Shown here in pieces: positions 37,636 through 51,967 of a stretch of DNA of 64,000 bases; the first letter of the stretch is position 1, and each line of letters starts with the position of its first letter. The stretch spans positions 1,364,001 through 1,428,000 of the forward strand of contig JBHGNT010000010.1 in NCBI GenBank assembly GCA_043228905.1. The letters are read 5' to 3'. Under the pieces are notes generated by a model that did no database searches, was not told the DNA's origin, and saw nothing but the letters and a program-made list of their open reading frames with translations. The translations under genes were made by a program, and so were the position numbers. This DNA is from Azolla caroliniana. Taxonomy: Eukaryota > Plantae > Polypodiophyta.

Positions 37636-40600
37636 TGCTGAGAGATGAGCTCAACATGGGCCAAATCGGCTGAAGAAGCTGAGAGCCGGATCGGTTGGAG
37701 ACCGATCGGCTAAATAAGCCGAAAGCCGAATCAACTGGCCGTTAAAGGTCTATATTCCTATTTTAGTAATAGGAATATTATAGGCTATTAGTGTCAGGCT
37801 CATTTATGAGCATTGAAGTACTTGTCAATACTGCTGTCAGTCCTTTTGGAGACTTGCATAAAAAGTGCTCACTGAGCACATTGTATGCATAGAGTGTTCA
37901 TTATTTTGAATCTAAGTTTGTTGTTTGCGCTCTCTGTCTCTATCTCTCTCTCTCACCATTCTTTGTGTTTACCTAATCGTCGAATTTCCGAATAACGGAC
38001 TGTGTACTCCGTGTCTTTCGCTTACGCTTTCGCACACACATTCTTTTACATGGTATCAGAGCGCAATGGTTGAGAATCCTCTGCAACCGACTGAAAAAGA
38101 AAAGCAAACAAGACAGAGACAAGTTCTTCGTTTTCCGGAAAAGAAAGGACAGGAACATGGACAGTGGAATGGGAAGCTCACTTCCGACAGAAAAGCTTGA
38201 TAGGAGCAACTATGCACCTTGGTCCTACAAGATGCACCAGTACATGCTTGGGCACGGTTACTGAAGTTACATGGAAGGAGCAAATGAAACATCACCGGAT
38301 GTGACACACAGAGATTTCACGGCTTGGGAACAAGCAGCAAACATAATTCTTTACAACTTTGCATCATGTGTGAGTGACCAACTATTGAGCTACATCCGGG
38401 ATGCGAAAATGTCGAAGGATGCTTGGGTAAATCTGAAGAAGATTTTTGCTGCAAGCACCATAGTTAGAAAGCTACAACTCAGACAAGAGTTGAGCAACAT
38501 CCGACAGGGGGATATGTCGATGGCTGACTATACCTCCAAGATCAAGGAGATCTGCAACTCACTCGAGTTTGTCAACGTCACTGTTGAAGAAGACGAGATG
38601 GCGAACGTCTGCCTCGGTGTGTTTGCATCAAAGTTCAGAGCATTCCGAATGACAGTCTGCGTGACGGAGAATATGCCTTCGTTTTTTGAGCTACAATAGA
38701 TCTTGCTCGTAGAAGAAAACCAGTCGGGTGTGTCAATGAGCACACACACCGACAACAAGATGTTGTACACGAAGGCAAATCGACCCCATAGTCGTGGTGG
38801 ATGAGGCGGATTGGCACGCAATGGAGGTGGCCGACAGGAACAGAACCAGAGGCATAATAGAAATGCCGACAGTAGTTCCGAACCCTCCATGAGTAGGGGG
38901 AGTCAAGGCGGTGCCGGAAGTCGGCAAGGAAAAACCGCGACAAACTGCTGGTACTGTGATCGAAAGGGCCAAAAAAGAGCGATTGTGGGAAAAAGCGAGC
39001 CGATTCGGACAGAGCCGGATCGAGCCGAGGTATCGCAGATAAGCGTCAAAGATCGCAATACGTTGAAGGCTCAGGGCGAGCCGAAACGGGTCCTATTTTT
39101 GTAATGAAGCACAAAGCCAACTCGATGGCGGTGAACACCTCAAGGTCAAACGAGGTGTGGTATGTGGATTCAGGCGCATAGAACCACATGACAAATCACA
39201 AGGAGTGGTTCTCGACTCTTGAAAAGTCAGAGCAACCAAGGGTCATCGAAACTGGCGATGACACCCCTCACCCCATCGAACACATCGGAGATGTACCTTT
39301 GAGCCATGTTGACTAGAGAGCAATCATGAGGAATGTCTTGCATGTGTCGACAATCACCAAGAACCTGGTGTCGGTTGGACAAATTGTCGACCAGGGCATG
39401 CAAGTTTGGTTTATTCACCTTGGGTGCTTCATCATAGAAGAAAGCAAGATCATTGCGCAAAGGCACTGCTATGTTCGTCAAAGGGAAAAAATTCCAATTA
39501 CAGATCGACTTATGGCACAAGCGGTTCAGCCACGTCAACTTCTTGCAGCTTCGGGAAATGCAGACGAAGAACATCGTTTTCGGCTTGCCAAAATTCAGTG
39601 GCCGAAAGGGCCAAGTTTGCGAGGTCTTCCAGTTAGGGAAGCATCACCAACTTCCATTCCCCAACGAGCGAAATCAAAGCCGAAATAAGCTCGATTTAAT
39701 CCATTCGCATGTGTAGGGACCGGTATAGAACTTGAGCATCGGAGGGAGCCAATATTTCGTGATTTTCATCGATGACTTCACTCAGCATACCTGGGCATGC
39801 CTAATCGAGAAGAAGAGTGAAGTCTTCTCCTATTTTTTGAAGGTGAAGAGCCTTGCTGAACGAGAGACAAGCCAAAAGATCAGATACCTTAGGACTGAAG
39901 GCGGAAAGGAGTACTTTTCTGACCAATTCTCTAGTTATCTACAAAAGGAAAGAATTCAACGCGAATTCTCCTACAAATACATGCCGCAGTAGAAAGGTGT
40001 GGCTGAGTGGAAGAATCAGACAATCGAAGAAGCAACCAGGGAAATGCTCGAGGAGAAGCATATGCCAAAATTTTACTGGGCCGAAGTAGTCAGGATGGTT
40101 GTATACCTACAAAATCAGACATCTGCAAATGGAGGAGTGTCACCACATGAGTTGTACTTCTGGAAGAAGCCAAAATTGGCACACTTGAGGGTGCCGAAGG
40201 AGAAGCGAAGGAAGTTAGACGCTAAAGCTGAGAAATGTATCTTGGTCGGCTACTCGAATGAGCAGGTCCGAGTAAGTCGAGATGTTGTATTCGATGAGTC
40301 AACTTCATAGTACTTGCCTCCACCTCCAACCCCTCTTAACTCCATTCCAAATTCTGAGGATGAGATGCCCCTGGATGAAGAAGAAATCAGAACTCTAGAA
40401 GAGAATCCAATCTCATTTCGGCCAAGTGGGCCGAATGAGGGCTGAGTTTGAATGAACAATCGGATGTAGAGCTGGCGAGTAGTGGAGACTCTGTTGTGCA
40501 GTCTCCGTGCCAGAAACCGAGGAGATGGTTCACGTGCAAGGCAAAAGGGAAGATGAAGATGCCAGAATATGGCATAGAGGCTAGTGCATCGAATCTGAAT

Positions 40601-41612
40601 GAATCCAACATGGCCAGGAATGAAGAAGAACATCTGGAAACGAGCTCGGAGTTAGCCAAGAGGGCCTTGAAATTGACAAACTAGACGTTGCGCCGATCCG
40701 TCCCCTAGAAGAACCCCTTAATTCGGTATGGATACAATGATTTTATGGCGCATCATTATGCGTATATGTCGAAGGTGGCGGAAGGGCGTAAGCTGGAGAG
40801 CTACACAAAAGCAACAAAGGTCGTGAATTGGCGTGCTGCTATGGAGGAAGAGATGTGAGCATTGGCAAAAAACGAGACTTGGGACTAGTTGACGCACCCA
40901 CGGGTGTGAAGCCGATTGGATGCAGGTGGGTTTACAAGGTCAAGTACAACGCCGACGACTCTGTCAACCGATACAAGGCTCGATTTTTCCATTATGATGA
41001 GACATTCACACTAGTCGATGAAGACTGTCTATGTGTTGCTAGTCGTCGCCATGGCAAAGGAGTGGCACTTACATAAGATGGATGTAAAAAATGCGTTCCT
41101 ACAAGGCGAGTTTCAGGAACATGTGTACATCGGCAGTTTGTCAACCGAAGAAGTCCCTTTACGGCTTGATGCAAGCCCCGCATGCTTGGAATGCAAAAAT
41201 CATGTAGAGGTTGCGTAGGATGGGGTTTGCTCCATCAAAGTCAGACTCTTCATTTTTCATTCGGCAAAGTCGGACCGGACTGATAAGCATATTGCTATAT
41301 GTCGATGATTTAATCATCACCGGTGCCGATCTCAAAGAAATCAGCCAAGTCAAGGTTGAAGTAGCCACATCACTCAAAATGAAGGACTTTGGAAACCTTG
41401 ATTACTTCCTTGGGATCGAAGTGATCCACAACCCCGAAGGCATATTGATTAGAAAATGTCATTATGTGCTGAATATGCTCTTCAAGTTCGCAATGAAGGA
41501 TTGTAAATCCGTCCCAAATATGAAGCTTCGCCCTTAATCTAGGAAGGTGTGCGAGCCGACACGGTTCTGACAGATAGTAGGAAGCCTCATTTACTTGACC
41601 ATCACTCGGCCG
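37636..41612 (+). mobile_element. Ty1/copia element (same family as 43189-49244), decayed and 3'-truncated
   Basis: LTR 37636-38050, PBS 38051-38062, gag EKLDRSNY, protease WYVDSGA, integrase, RT LLYVDD. Cut off at YLTITRP. Confidence 0.9.
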
Positions 41613-42071
41613 TGTCACGGACACACCAACCATGGACTACGAAGGACCATGGATGACGAGGCTACAACCGATAACTAGAACTGGAAGTGATGAGGCTAGG
41701 AACTCTAGAAGTTATGAGCCACAAGACTATGAATATAGGAAGCTAAGGTTAACTAGAAAGCATGAAGACAAATATGAAGATCAAGAAGACAATATGACAT
41801 GGAACAAGAATACTATATTGATGTTTCAATGACTGGTGTTAAATCCCTTGAAAGGGACCAAGGAGGTTACAAGTATTTATATTGTGAGCTGAAGTACATG
41901 CATTAGAATATTCTAGAGAATATTTTGGAGAATATTCTAGAAGTTTCTAGATCTTGAATATATAATCTACGAAGATATACATAATATGACCATGTATTTG
42001 AATGTGTTAGTTACAACATAACACTTGTCTATAATACACGAGGTCAAGAGTTCGAATCTTGACATAACCGT
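41613..42071. mobile_element. Probable LTR fragment beginning TGTCACGG that interrupts the copia RT
   Basis: Abrupt junction with a TG start. The other end was not identified. Confidence 0.45.
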
Positions 42072-42698
42072 TGTCATGAAGAAAACCGTCCACAAGCGGA
42101 ATCGGTGCACCGGAGCATAGGAACCGGCTCTTCATGCACGTACACCTTGTGTTGTACATAGGAGAGAATTAGGGACATGGGAGATCCTAGGTAGGTAGGA
42201 AGTTAATAGGAAACGGCTCCCTTCTTGCCTATAAAAGGAGGGGGACGAGGAGGAGGAAGGGATCGCGGAGAGTCGAGGACGAAGTGCTGTCGGTTTGTGG
42301 GCGAAGGCTTCTCTCTCTCTCTGGCTCGCAAAATCCGTAGCTTCTTGCTGTGCAGGTTTCGGGAGGCTCGCGCTGCTTTGAGGAATGCCCGAGTGCTTCC
42401 GGCAGCACCTCCAACCTACTCTTTCCTTTCTGTGCGCTTACGAACAGGCATCGGCATCTGTTCGCCGGCCTGTTCGGTTGTAACCAACCTCCTGTTTTGT
42501 TGTTTGTCTTTGTTAATACATACATACATTCGTGTCTCTCTGTGTCGTTGTCCCACTCGCGTCTTTGTGTTGAAGGGCCGTGTCCCTGTGAATCTGCTCT
42601 CGCCCGTAGCGGGTCTTTTCTCCTTTCTCTCTTGCCCTTCGGTACAGGACCCCCGAGGTCCCGCCTCATTCCACGCATCCGCGAGGAATACCTTGACA
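42072..42698 (+). mobile_element. Solo LTR (family B, TGTCnTGAAG...TGACA)
   Basis: TG...CA ends, 4-bp TSD CCGT (42068-42071 / 42699-42702), TATA-like ctataaaa at 42229. Confidence 0.8.
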
Positions 42699-42789
42699 CC
42701 GTTGTCGTGTTGGTGACTTTACAACCGCCTTTTCGAAAGCGTCATGGTGCAAGGATGAGCAGAAGTACAAAATAAAAATTGATTGATGA

Positions 42790-43074
42790 CTGAGCGAATT
42801 CTCACCAGAAAAAGCAACATGAATGCACTAACGGGCGTGAGAAACCATGTGTTGTCCTCACTGGAGACACGAACCCCAACGAGCATGAGCGATCATGTGT
42901 GGCCCTATCCAGAGACTAGGTGAGCGACCATGTGCGGTCCTCACCGGAGACTGGAACACCAACGCACGTGACTGACTATGTGGTTCTCACTTGGAACTAG
43001 AACACAAACGAGAGTGAGCGACCAAGCGGTCCTCACTGAGAACTGGAACACGAACAGGTTGAGCGACCATGCGG
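42790..43074. repeat. Degenerate tandem repeats (about 45 bp, gagcgaccat..cctcac..gaactggaacac), continuing at 50109-50640
   Basis: Repeat phase is restored when 43075-50104 is removed. Confidence 0.7.
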
Positions 43075-43188
43075 TGTCTTGAAGATTTTCGGAAACAGTG
43101 TGAAAATCGAGTGGAACGAGGGAAATCGAGAAGATGCAATATGCACATGTATGAAAGGAGTGATGGTTAGATGTGTATGTTAACACAT

Positions 43189-43223
43189 TGTAAAAGATTG
43201 CTTGCGGAAGCGTTAGAAAGAAC

Positions 43224-43303
<80 letters not shown>

Positions 43304-46300
43304 GCGGGAGAGACACAGAGAGAGAGAGAGCAAGACATACTATTTTTCAAAATTATATGAATACTCTGTGCTCTGTATCTACAACGCGCTCATCAACGCT
43401 ATTTATACAAGTCCACATGGGACTGTTAGAAGTACGGTGTACTTCAATGCTCACACGAGCATCTGACACTAACTACGAGACTATAACTGCCTAGTAGTCT
43501 AACCTATACTAGGCTTCCGGTTACGGATTGGATCCGGCACACCGGCTCCCCAACTCACCGGTCCTTATTGCTTACCGGCTTGGTTGCTCAGCAGCATACC
43601 GATTCATCTCGCTTACCGGCTCAGGCTTATTCAGCCAATCCGGCTCCGGTTGAGCTTGCCGCTCAACACTCCCCCTCAAGCTCAACCTGAGGTAGGGTCG
43701 TAGTGTCAACCTCTGTGGCAGCCGGTTCTTCCAACCAACTTCTCTTGGCGTCGCTTCGCCTTGCTCACGCTCCTTGTCCGGTCCGGTCCCGTTTGCCGCG
43801 ACCCGTTTGGTTCTGCGCACCTCGACCTTCGGTATGTCTGCTCAATAGGCCCATCTCAGCTCCTTCGCTGCTATGACTCCGGCGCTTGCCGATCCGTCGG
43901 TTCCACCGCGATGGCATCGACTTCCGCTGCGTCCGTGTCTCCTTGGCCTCTCGTTGATCCGACTCATTCGGATCCATTTGTTAATCCGAATCGGCTGTCT
44001 CCGACTCGTTCCAGCTCTTGTCCGAATCGGTGTCCTCCGATTCGATTTTCGGCTTTAGGCCTCTCACCACATCGGACCATGTCCAGGTCTTGGCCTTCTC
44101 CATGCTTCCCTTGGCTTCTTCAGCGGGTTCACCAAAGTCGAATTCTTCATTCGACACCGCATCATGGCCATTACGATCGTGATGACCTCCGCATAGCATG
44201 TACTTCTCTTCCTGAGTGTACACTTCTTCTTCACAGCCGCTCACTCCGACCTGTTTGGATGTGCCAACTTCCTTCATCGACTCGGCTTCATTTTTCTTCT
44301 TGTCTCCACCTTTACCGGTTCTTCTCTTACCTACGGGTTCAATAGTTTTTTTGCCTTTGCCCATTTCGGTAGTGTCTTTGCCCTTGCGTCTCCCCCTCAA
44401 GTGTGGCACGTCGAGATGCTGAACACCAAGCATTTCGGTAAAGTGCTGCAACTTGTCCGACCCGAGCGGCTTGGTGAAGATGTCGGCAACGTGCCGATCC
44501 GTGTGAACATACCGTAGTTCAACTTCACCGCTCAAGACCTGCTCACACACGAAGTGATAATGCACTTCTATGTGCTTTGTGCGAGCATGGAACACAGGGT
44601 TCTTGGCGAGTTGCATGATGCTGAGGTTATCGCAGTAGATCAGGATCAGGGTCGGTAACTCGATCCACAGGTCTTGTAGTAGTCGTCGAAGCCAAATGGC
44701 TTCGCAGGTGGCAACGGTCACGCCCCGGTATTCAACCTCAATGCTGGACCTCAATGCTGGATAGAGCCATTGTTGGCTGCTTTTTGCTGCTCCACGCAAC
44801 AGCCACGCTCCCAAGAGAAAACATAAAGCCGGAAGTTGAGCGACGATCCGTTGCATCGCCAACCCAGTCGGCATCCGTGTAGCCAACAAGCTCTTCGGTT
44901 ATACCTTGCCGGTATAAGAGCCCCTGGTCCTTAGTGCCGCTTACATACCTCAGTATTCGTTCCTCGCACTGAAGGTGCTCCACGGTCGACTTCTGCATGA
45001 ATTGGCTTACCACTCTGACCATATAGCTAATGTTGGGTTGGGTGATGGTCAAGTAGATTAGGCTTCCGACTATTTGTCGAAACCTTTTCTCATCGCAGGC
45101 TGGTCCGGAGTTGGGACGGATCTTCTGATTCCGGTCCAGGGGTGTGGAGATAGCTCGGCATTCCGTCATGCCGAACTTGTACAGTATATTCAACACATAA
45201 TGGCGTTGAGAAAGCATTATGCCGTCGGGGGTGCGGATCACCTTGATCCCCAAAAAATAATGAAGGTCCCCCAAGTCCTTCATATCGAATGCGTCTGACA
45301 ACTGGGACTTGACGCGGTTGATTTCCGGAAGATTTGGGCTAGTGATGACTAAATCATCAACATAGAGTAAGATACATACCGGACCGTTTGAGCCTTGACA
45401 GATGAATAGGGAAGAGTCCGACTTAGAGGCAACAAACCCCATCTTTCGTAACCGGTGCGTGATCTTAGCATTCCAAGCACGAGGGGCTTGCTTCAAGCCA
45501 TACAACGACTTCCTCAGCCGGCATACCGCCGACTTGTTCACCTCCGACTGAAATCTTGGGGGCTGAGTCATAAAGACTTCTTCTTCAAGATCTCCTTGAA
45601 GGAAGGCATTCTTCACATCCATCTGATGAAGATGCCACCCCCTTGCCGCAGCAACCGCCAGTACCACACGAACCGTCGTCATCTTCGCTACAGGAGTGAA
45701 GGTCTCGTCGTAGTCGATTCCGTGGGTCTGCGCATATCCCTTCGCCACTAACCGGGCCTTGTACCAGTTAATGGTACCGTCAGCATTGTACTTTACCTTG
45801 TACACCCACTTGCATCCGATCGGTTTATAGTGACGGGGAGAGTCAACCAGGTCCCAAGTTCCGTTGGCATCTAGTGCCCGCATTTCTTCCTCCATAGCGG
45901 CACGCCAAATTGCGTCCTTTACCGCTTCTGTGTAGCTCTCCGGCTCACGCACTTCCGCGACCTTGGTCATGTACGCATAATGATCCACCATGTACTCGTT
46001 ATACCCGTACTGTTTAACGGGATCCTTTTGGCGGGTGGACCGGCGTAACTGACCGTTACCCGGTATGAGACCCTTCTTGGCCGGTTCAGTCTTCGTTCCC
46101 GAAGATCTGCCTATGTCCTTGCCGAAGTTAGGTACGCACCAATCCGACTCATCATTGCCGGTCTCGAATTCCGGCATCTTCTGCTTCCCTTTCTCTTTGC
46201 GTGTGAACCGTCTCCTCGGTTCCTTGTGCGGGGAGAGCACGACAGAGTCTCCACTACTCGCCATCTCATCACCTAACTGGTTGGACTGATCCAGTCTCAT

Positions 46301-48863
46301 TCGGTCCGCTTAACCGGAATGATTCCGGACTCTCATCTTGAGTCCTGGCTTCATCTTTCTCTACCTGGGCCGGTTCAGGCTCACTAGCCCCATCCTCTGA
46401 CATCGGGTCGGGATTGGAGGTCGGAGTTGGTAAGGAATACCACGATGCCGATTCATCAAACTCGACATCTCGGCTGACTCGAACCTGCTTCGTCCGGGGG
46501 TTATAACACTTATACCCCTTTTGCTCTTGAGCATAGCCGACTAGGATGCATTTTTCCGATTTTGCATCCAGCTTTCTCCGCTTCTCATCCGGCACATGTA
46601 CATACGCTATGCTGCCGAATATCCGGAGGTGTCTCAAATTCGGCTTGCGCCCGAAATACAGCTCGTGAGTTGACACCTTGTCCCCGATCCGGTTCTAGAT
46701 GTAAACGGCCGTTTGGACCGCCTCCGCCCAGTAGAACTTGGGCATGCTCTTTCCCTCCAGCATTGCCCTAGCCGCGTCAATCAACGACCGATTCTTCCTT
46801 TTGGCCACACCGTTTTGTTGCGGTGTGTATCTGCAGCTGAATTCTCGCCGAATTCCTTTTTGTTGCAGATAGCTATTGAATTGGCCGGAAAAGTACTGTT
46901 TTCCGCCATCCGACCGTAGGCATTTGATCTTGCTCTCCGATTCCCGTTCCACCATCTTCTGGAGGCTCCGGAAACACTCGAAGACTTCGCTCTTCCGCTC
47001 AATGAGGTAGATCCATATATGCCGCGTGTAGTCATCGATGAAGGAGACGAAATATTGACCCCCACCAATGCTAACATTTTGTGCCGGTCCCCACACATCT
47101 GAATGGATAAGATCGAGCTTGTTACGACTTCGATTTCTTTCGGTGGGGAATGGAAGCCGGTGTTGCTTCCCGAGTTGGCAAGCTTCACAAATCTGGGCTC
47201 TCCGGCCGCTAAACTTCGGCAAACCGAAAACGACTTGTTCCGTTTGCAGGTCTTGAAGCCTCCGGTAGTTGACGTGGCCGATCCGCTTGTGCCACAGGTC
47301 GATATCCGACTCGACCTTCTGTCCTTTGGCGAACAATGCGGTGCCGACATCATTGGTGTTGAGGATAAACATCCTCCCATCTTTGCGCCCTTGTGCAATA
47401 ACTTCGCCCTCATCCTCAATGACGCACCCGAGGTGCGTAAACCGCACTTGCATCCCCTGATCGACGATCTCTCCGACCGACATCAGGTTCTTCGTGATCG
47501 TCGGAACATGTAATACATTCATCAGCTTCCCCCTCTGTCCGACGTGGCTCAAAGGGACTTCTCCGATGTGCACGATCGAGTGGGGAGTGTCGTCTCTGGT
47601 TTCGACAACTCCCGGTTGATCCGGCTTCTCCAAAGTGGAGAACCACTCCCCGTGGCTCGTCATGTGGTTCGATGCGCCGGAGTCAACGTACCACACTTCC
47701 TCCGATTTGGAAGTGGTCTTCTTCATTGAGTTTGCCTTGTGCTTCATCACCAAGGCTGGCCCCTTACCGTTCTTGGATCCTCCCGATCCGTTTGCGTAGT
47801 GCGAGCTTTGCCGGCCTTCCTTACCGGTCTTGCCGGATCCGGATTTGTCCGAATCGGCATGCTTTCTCCAGCACTCGCTTTCCCTGTGGCCCTTTTTGCC
47901 ACAATACCAGCATTCTATAGCGGATTTGTCTTGTCGGCCTCCGGCACCACCTTGACTCCCTCTGCTTGTGGAAGTCCCAAAACTGCTGTCGGCACGCTCA
48001 CCGTGCCTTCATTCCTGCTCTTGCCGGCCGCCTCCATTGCGTGCCGACCTGCCTCATCCACCACGCCCGGGGGACCGATCCGCTCCCGTGTACAGAATCC
48101 AGCTGTCTGGGGATGCACTGGTAGATGCATTGGCGTGGTTCTCCTCTACAACAAGCATCGACTGTAAGTTGAAAAATGAGGGCGTATTCTCCCTTGTACA
48201 AACCGCAGTCCGGAAAGCTCTGAACTTGGACGCTAGGCCTCCAAGACAGACCAACGCCATCTCGTCTTCCTCTACGGTGACGTTAATAGAGGCAAGCGAG
48301 TCACAGATCCCTTTGATCCAGGCTCTGTAATCTGCCACCGACATGTTCTTCTATCGAACATTGCTCAACTCCTGTCTGAGTTGAGGCTTCCGGGCAGTGG
48401 TGCTTGTGGTGAAAACCTTTTTCAAGTTTCCCCAAGCATCCTTCGGTGTCTTGGCGTCACGGATATGGCTGAGCAGCTGGTCATCGACACTGGACGCGAA
48501 GCAGTACATCACCCTGCTTGCCGCCTGTTCCCACACTGGGAAGTCCTTGTGTGTCGTCTCCGGTGCTGAGTCGTTCACTCCGTCGACATAACTCCAGTAG
48601 CCATGCCCAAGCAGGTACTGGTGCATCTTGTATGACGAAGATGCGTAGTTGGTTCTCTCGAGCTTCTCCACCGGGAGCGACGTAGCCATACCTCTGTCCA
48701 TTTCTCCTTTTGTGTCTGCTTTTCGATCTGTTAGGGTTTCCTTCACAAGTGTAGATGTCTGCAACAGAGGTTCTCAACCCATGCGCTCTGATACCATGTA
48801 AAAGATTGCTTGCGGAAGCGTTAGAAAGAACAATACAGAGAGAGAGAGAGAGAGAGAGTACGC

Positions 48864-48907
<44 letters not shown>

Positions 48908-49244
48908 AAGACACACTATTTTTCAAAATTATATGAATACTCTGTGCTCTGTATCTACAACGCGCTCATCAGCGCTATTTATACAAGTCCACACGGGATT
49001 GTTAGAAGTACGGTGTACTTCAATGCTCACACGAGCATCTAACACTAACTACGAGACTATAACTGCCTAGTAGTCTAACCTATACTAGGCTTCCGGTTAC
49101 GGATTGGATCCGGCATACCGGCTCCCCAACTCACCGGTCCTTACTGCTTACCGGCTCGGTTGCTTACCGGCATACCGATTCATCTCGCTTACCGGCTCAG
49201 GCTTATTCAGCCGATCCGGCTCCGGTTGAGCTTGCCGCTCAACA
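43189..49244 (-). mobile_element. Structurally complete Ty1/copia LTR retrotransposon
   Basis: LTRs 43189-43668 and 48797-49244, TSD CACAT on both sides, PBS 48785-48796 (reverse complement TGGTATCAGAGC), PPT 43669-43680. Confidence 0.97.
43981..48764 (-). pseudogene. Copia gag-pol (gag, protease, integrase, RT, RNase H) with several stops and frameshifts
   Basis: WYVDSGASNH, HSDVWGP, RSDGG, QQNGVAKR, LLYVDD, YTDADW, ARTKHIEVHYHF. Confidence 0.95.
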
Positions 49245-50819
49245 CACATGAATGTGCATGTGTAATTTGTGTTTAGGTGTTCATTACACAAATATATAAA
49301 ATAAGCCTAAGGCATACAATGAGGTGCAAGTAAGGTTTTGAACCTTACATACCTCTAAGATAGGAGGCAATTGACATACCATTAGACTAGGTTATTTCCT
49401 TTAAAACTTGTTTTCTTCATTGTACTTTTCACACGAACAGCTGGTACATGAGAGCTTGGATGAGGTACATGGTTATCATGCATTGCATGTGATGCATGAG
49501 CGCCAAATGGCAATCATGCATTGTATGCATCTAATACACCCTCACATGCACATATGCATGGCGGCATCTATATAAGAAGGAGAGGAAGGGAAAGGAAATC
49601 AAGTAATGTATGCAATCAATAATAATTAATAAATCTTAGTTATCTCATTGGCAATGTGTCTTGTATCTCAACTTTGAAGTCAAAAGTTCAAACCGGGAAT
49701 TCGTCCTGTCTGTATGTATCTATCAATCTATCTTTAATAATTTTCGCATGTGCTAGTCCTTCCGCCGTTCCATTGTCTTGAATGATCCTTTCAATCCTCC
49801 ATCACCACTTGCGGATAGAGGTCGGTGCTTGTCTGTGCACGTGTAACGCGCACATCGCAACGTTTGGCACATGTGTCACATGCTTCAACACATCTTTGAG
49901 GTGCGGTAAATATATATATATGTTTTTTCTCTCTCTCTCTCTCTCAGTCAACCCACACAGGCATCTTCGACAAAAAGCAGGACCCGATTGTAAACCCAAA
50001 CAACGGTTGATTCCTTACAAGCACAAGGCACCCGATCCATCCTCCTTGGTCAAAGACCCCGGTGGTCCCGTTCGACCGACCCGCAGGCGTGGATCTCCAT
50101 GACAACGGCCCTCACTGAGAACTAGATCACGAACATGCATGAGTGACCATGTGCAGAACTCAATGGGAACGGAACAACAACAAATGAAGGAGTGTAGGTG
50201 AAGCGGTCGACTCGACTTCTTCTATCATGAGTGGGTAAATAGTCGAGGTTGACCCAAAACATGGCACAAACAATAGTGCTAGTGAGAAACTGACGCGATC
50301 CTCACCAGGAAAGTGAGCGGTTGTGACCCCCATCGGAACTAGAAGGTAAGCGATTGAAATCGCGCCTCGTCTAAAGAAAGTAGAGCGAAATGTAGACCAA
50401 AATGGAAATGAAGTGCAAGCGAACAATGACTCAATCCTCACCAAGAGGAAAGTGAGCGGTTGTAACCACCACCGGAACTGGGAAGGTGAGCGATTGAAAT
50501 CGATCCTCGCCAAATGAAAGTGGAGTGAAACTTGAACTGAAATGAAAATGAAGTGCAAACGAGTAATGATTCGACCCCCCTAGGAAAGTCAGCGGTTGTA
50601 ACCCCCACGGGAATTGTGAAGGTGAGCAATCGAAATCAAACGATGCAATCCTAATCTTAGATAAGATGACGGGAATGCATTCAACTATAATTGTAATATG
50701 CTTCATTGTACATAATGTGTAATTCGAATCCAACTTAACAAATTTAGAAATGCAATTTTTTTACTATATTTGTCTCTAAATCTTAGAAAGATTGCTATGT
50801 CGATTTTGTAAATAGGATT

Positions 50820-51967
50820 TTTGGATTAATTAGGATGCCAGCATGGATCTGGAGATTGAATAGTTGGATGTCAAGACCACATTCTTGCACGGGGAGCTGG
50901 ATGAAGAAAGCTACATGTAGTAGTCGGAAGGCTTTGAGGAGAAAGGGAAAGAGAACATGGTGTGTCAACTGAAGAGAAGCTTGTATGGTTTGAAACAAGC
51001 TCCACGCCAGTGGTACAAGAAGTTCGAATCCTTCAAACGTGGAACATGGGTTCTAGAAAACACAGGGGGAAAACACAGGCGGACCACTGTATGTCCGTCA
51101 AAAGGTACAATGAAAGTGACTTCTTGATTCTCTTATTATATGTTGACGACATGTTGATAGTCAGTCAAGATACAAGGAAGATCGAAAGCTTGAAGAAAGC
51201 TCTAGGCAAATCGTTTGCCATGAAAGATATTGGACCGGCAAAGCAGATCTTAGGGATGCACATAGTTCAAGATAGAACTAAGAAAGTGTTGTGGATGTCA
51301 CAAGAGAAATACGTAACTAAGATCCCAGAAAGATTCAACATATTGGAAGCAAAGCCGATCGGTTTTATGCTGCGACTAACTGCAAGTTAAATGCAAAGCA
51401 ATACCCGAGAGGAGAGAAAGAAAAGGCTGAGATGAGGAAAGTACCATATGCCTTAGCCTTCGGTAGCCTAATGTATGCTATGTTCTGCATGAGACCAGGC
51501 ATAACTTTTGTTGTGGGAATAGCAAGCCGATACATGAGTAATCCAGGACGAGAACACTTGGCAGCGGTGAAATGGATACTCAGGTACTTAAAAGGCACCT
51601 TGGGTGTGTGTCTTCAGTATGGTGTCGCAAAACCCATGCTTGAAAGGTTTATAGACTCAGACATGTCAGGGGATGTAGACTCAAGCTCATCCAGGTCAGG
51701 GTACGTCATGAACTATGCACGGGGAGTAGTGTCGTGGTAGTAACGACTACAGAAGTCTGTGGCCTTGTCGACCACAGAGGCAGAGTACATGGCAGCGGTA
51801 GAGGTTGGCAAAGAGCTGATTTGGATGAGAAACTTTCTCAGCGAGTTGGGGATGAAGCAAAGGGATTTCTTGCTTCATTGTGACAGCCAGAGTGCCATAC
51901 ATCTAGCCAAGAATGTTGCATACCACTCCCGGTCCAAGCACATAAAGAGAAGGTATCACTGGCTGTA
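50820..51967 (+). mobile_element. Copia RT/RNase H fragment (different family)
   Basis: LDVKTTFLHG, LLYVDDMLI, VPYALAFGSLMYAM, ALSTTEAEY, RSKHIKRRYHWL. Confidence 0.9.

Larger units (their letters stand above)
43075..50104 (+). mobile_element. Solo LTR (family B) split by the nested copia element
   Basis: Starts TGTCTTGAAGATTTTCGG and ends CCATGACA, with flanks GCGG/ACGG. 49300-49750 is homologous to 53480-53940. Confidence 0.75.
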
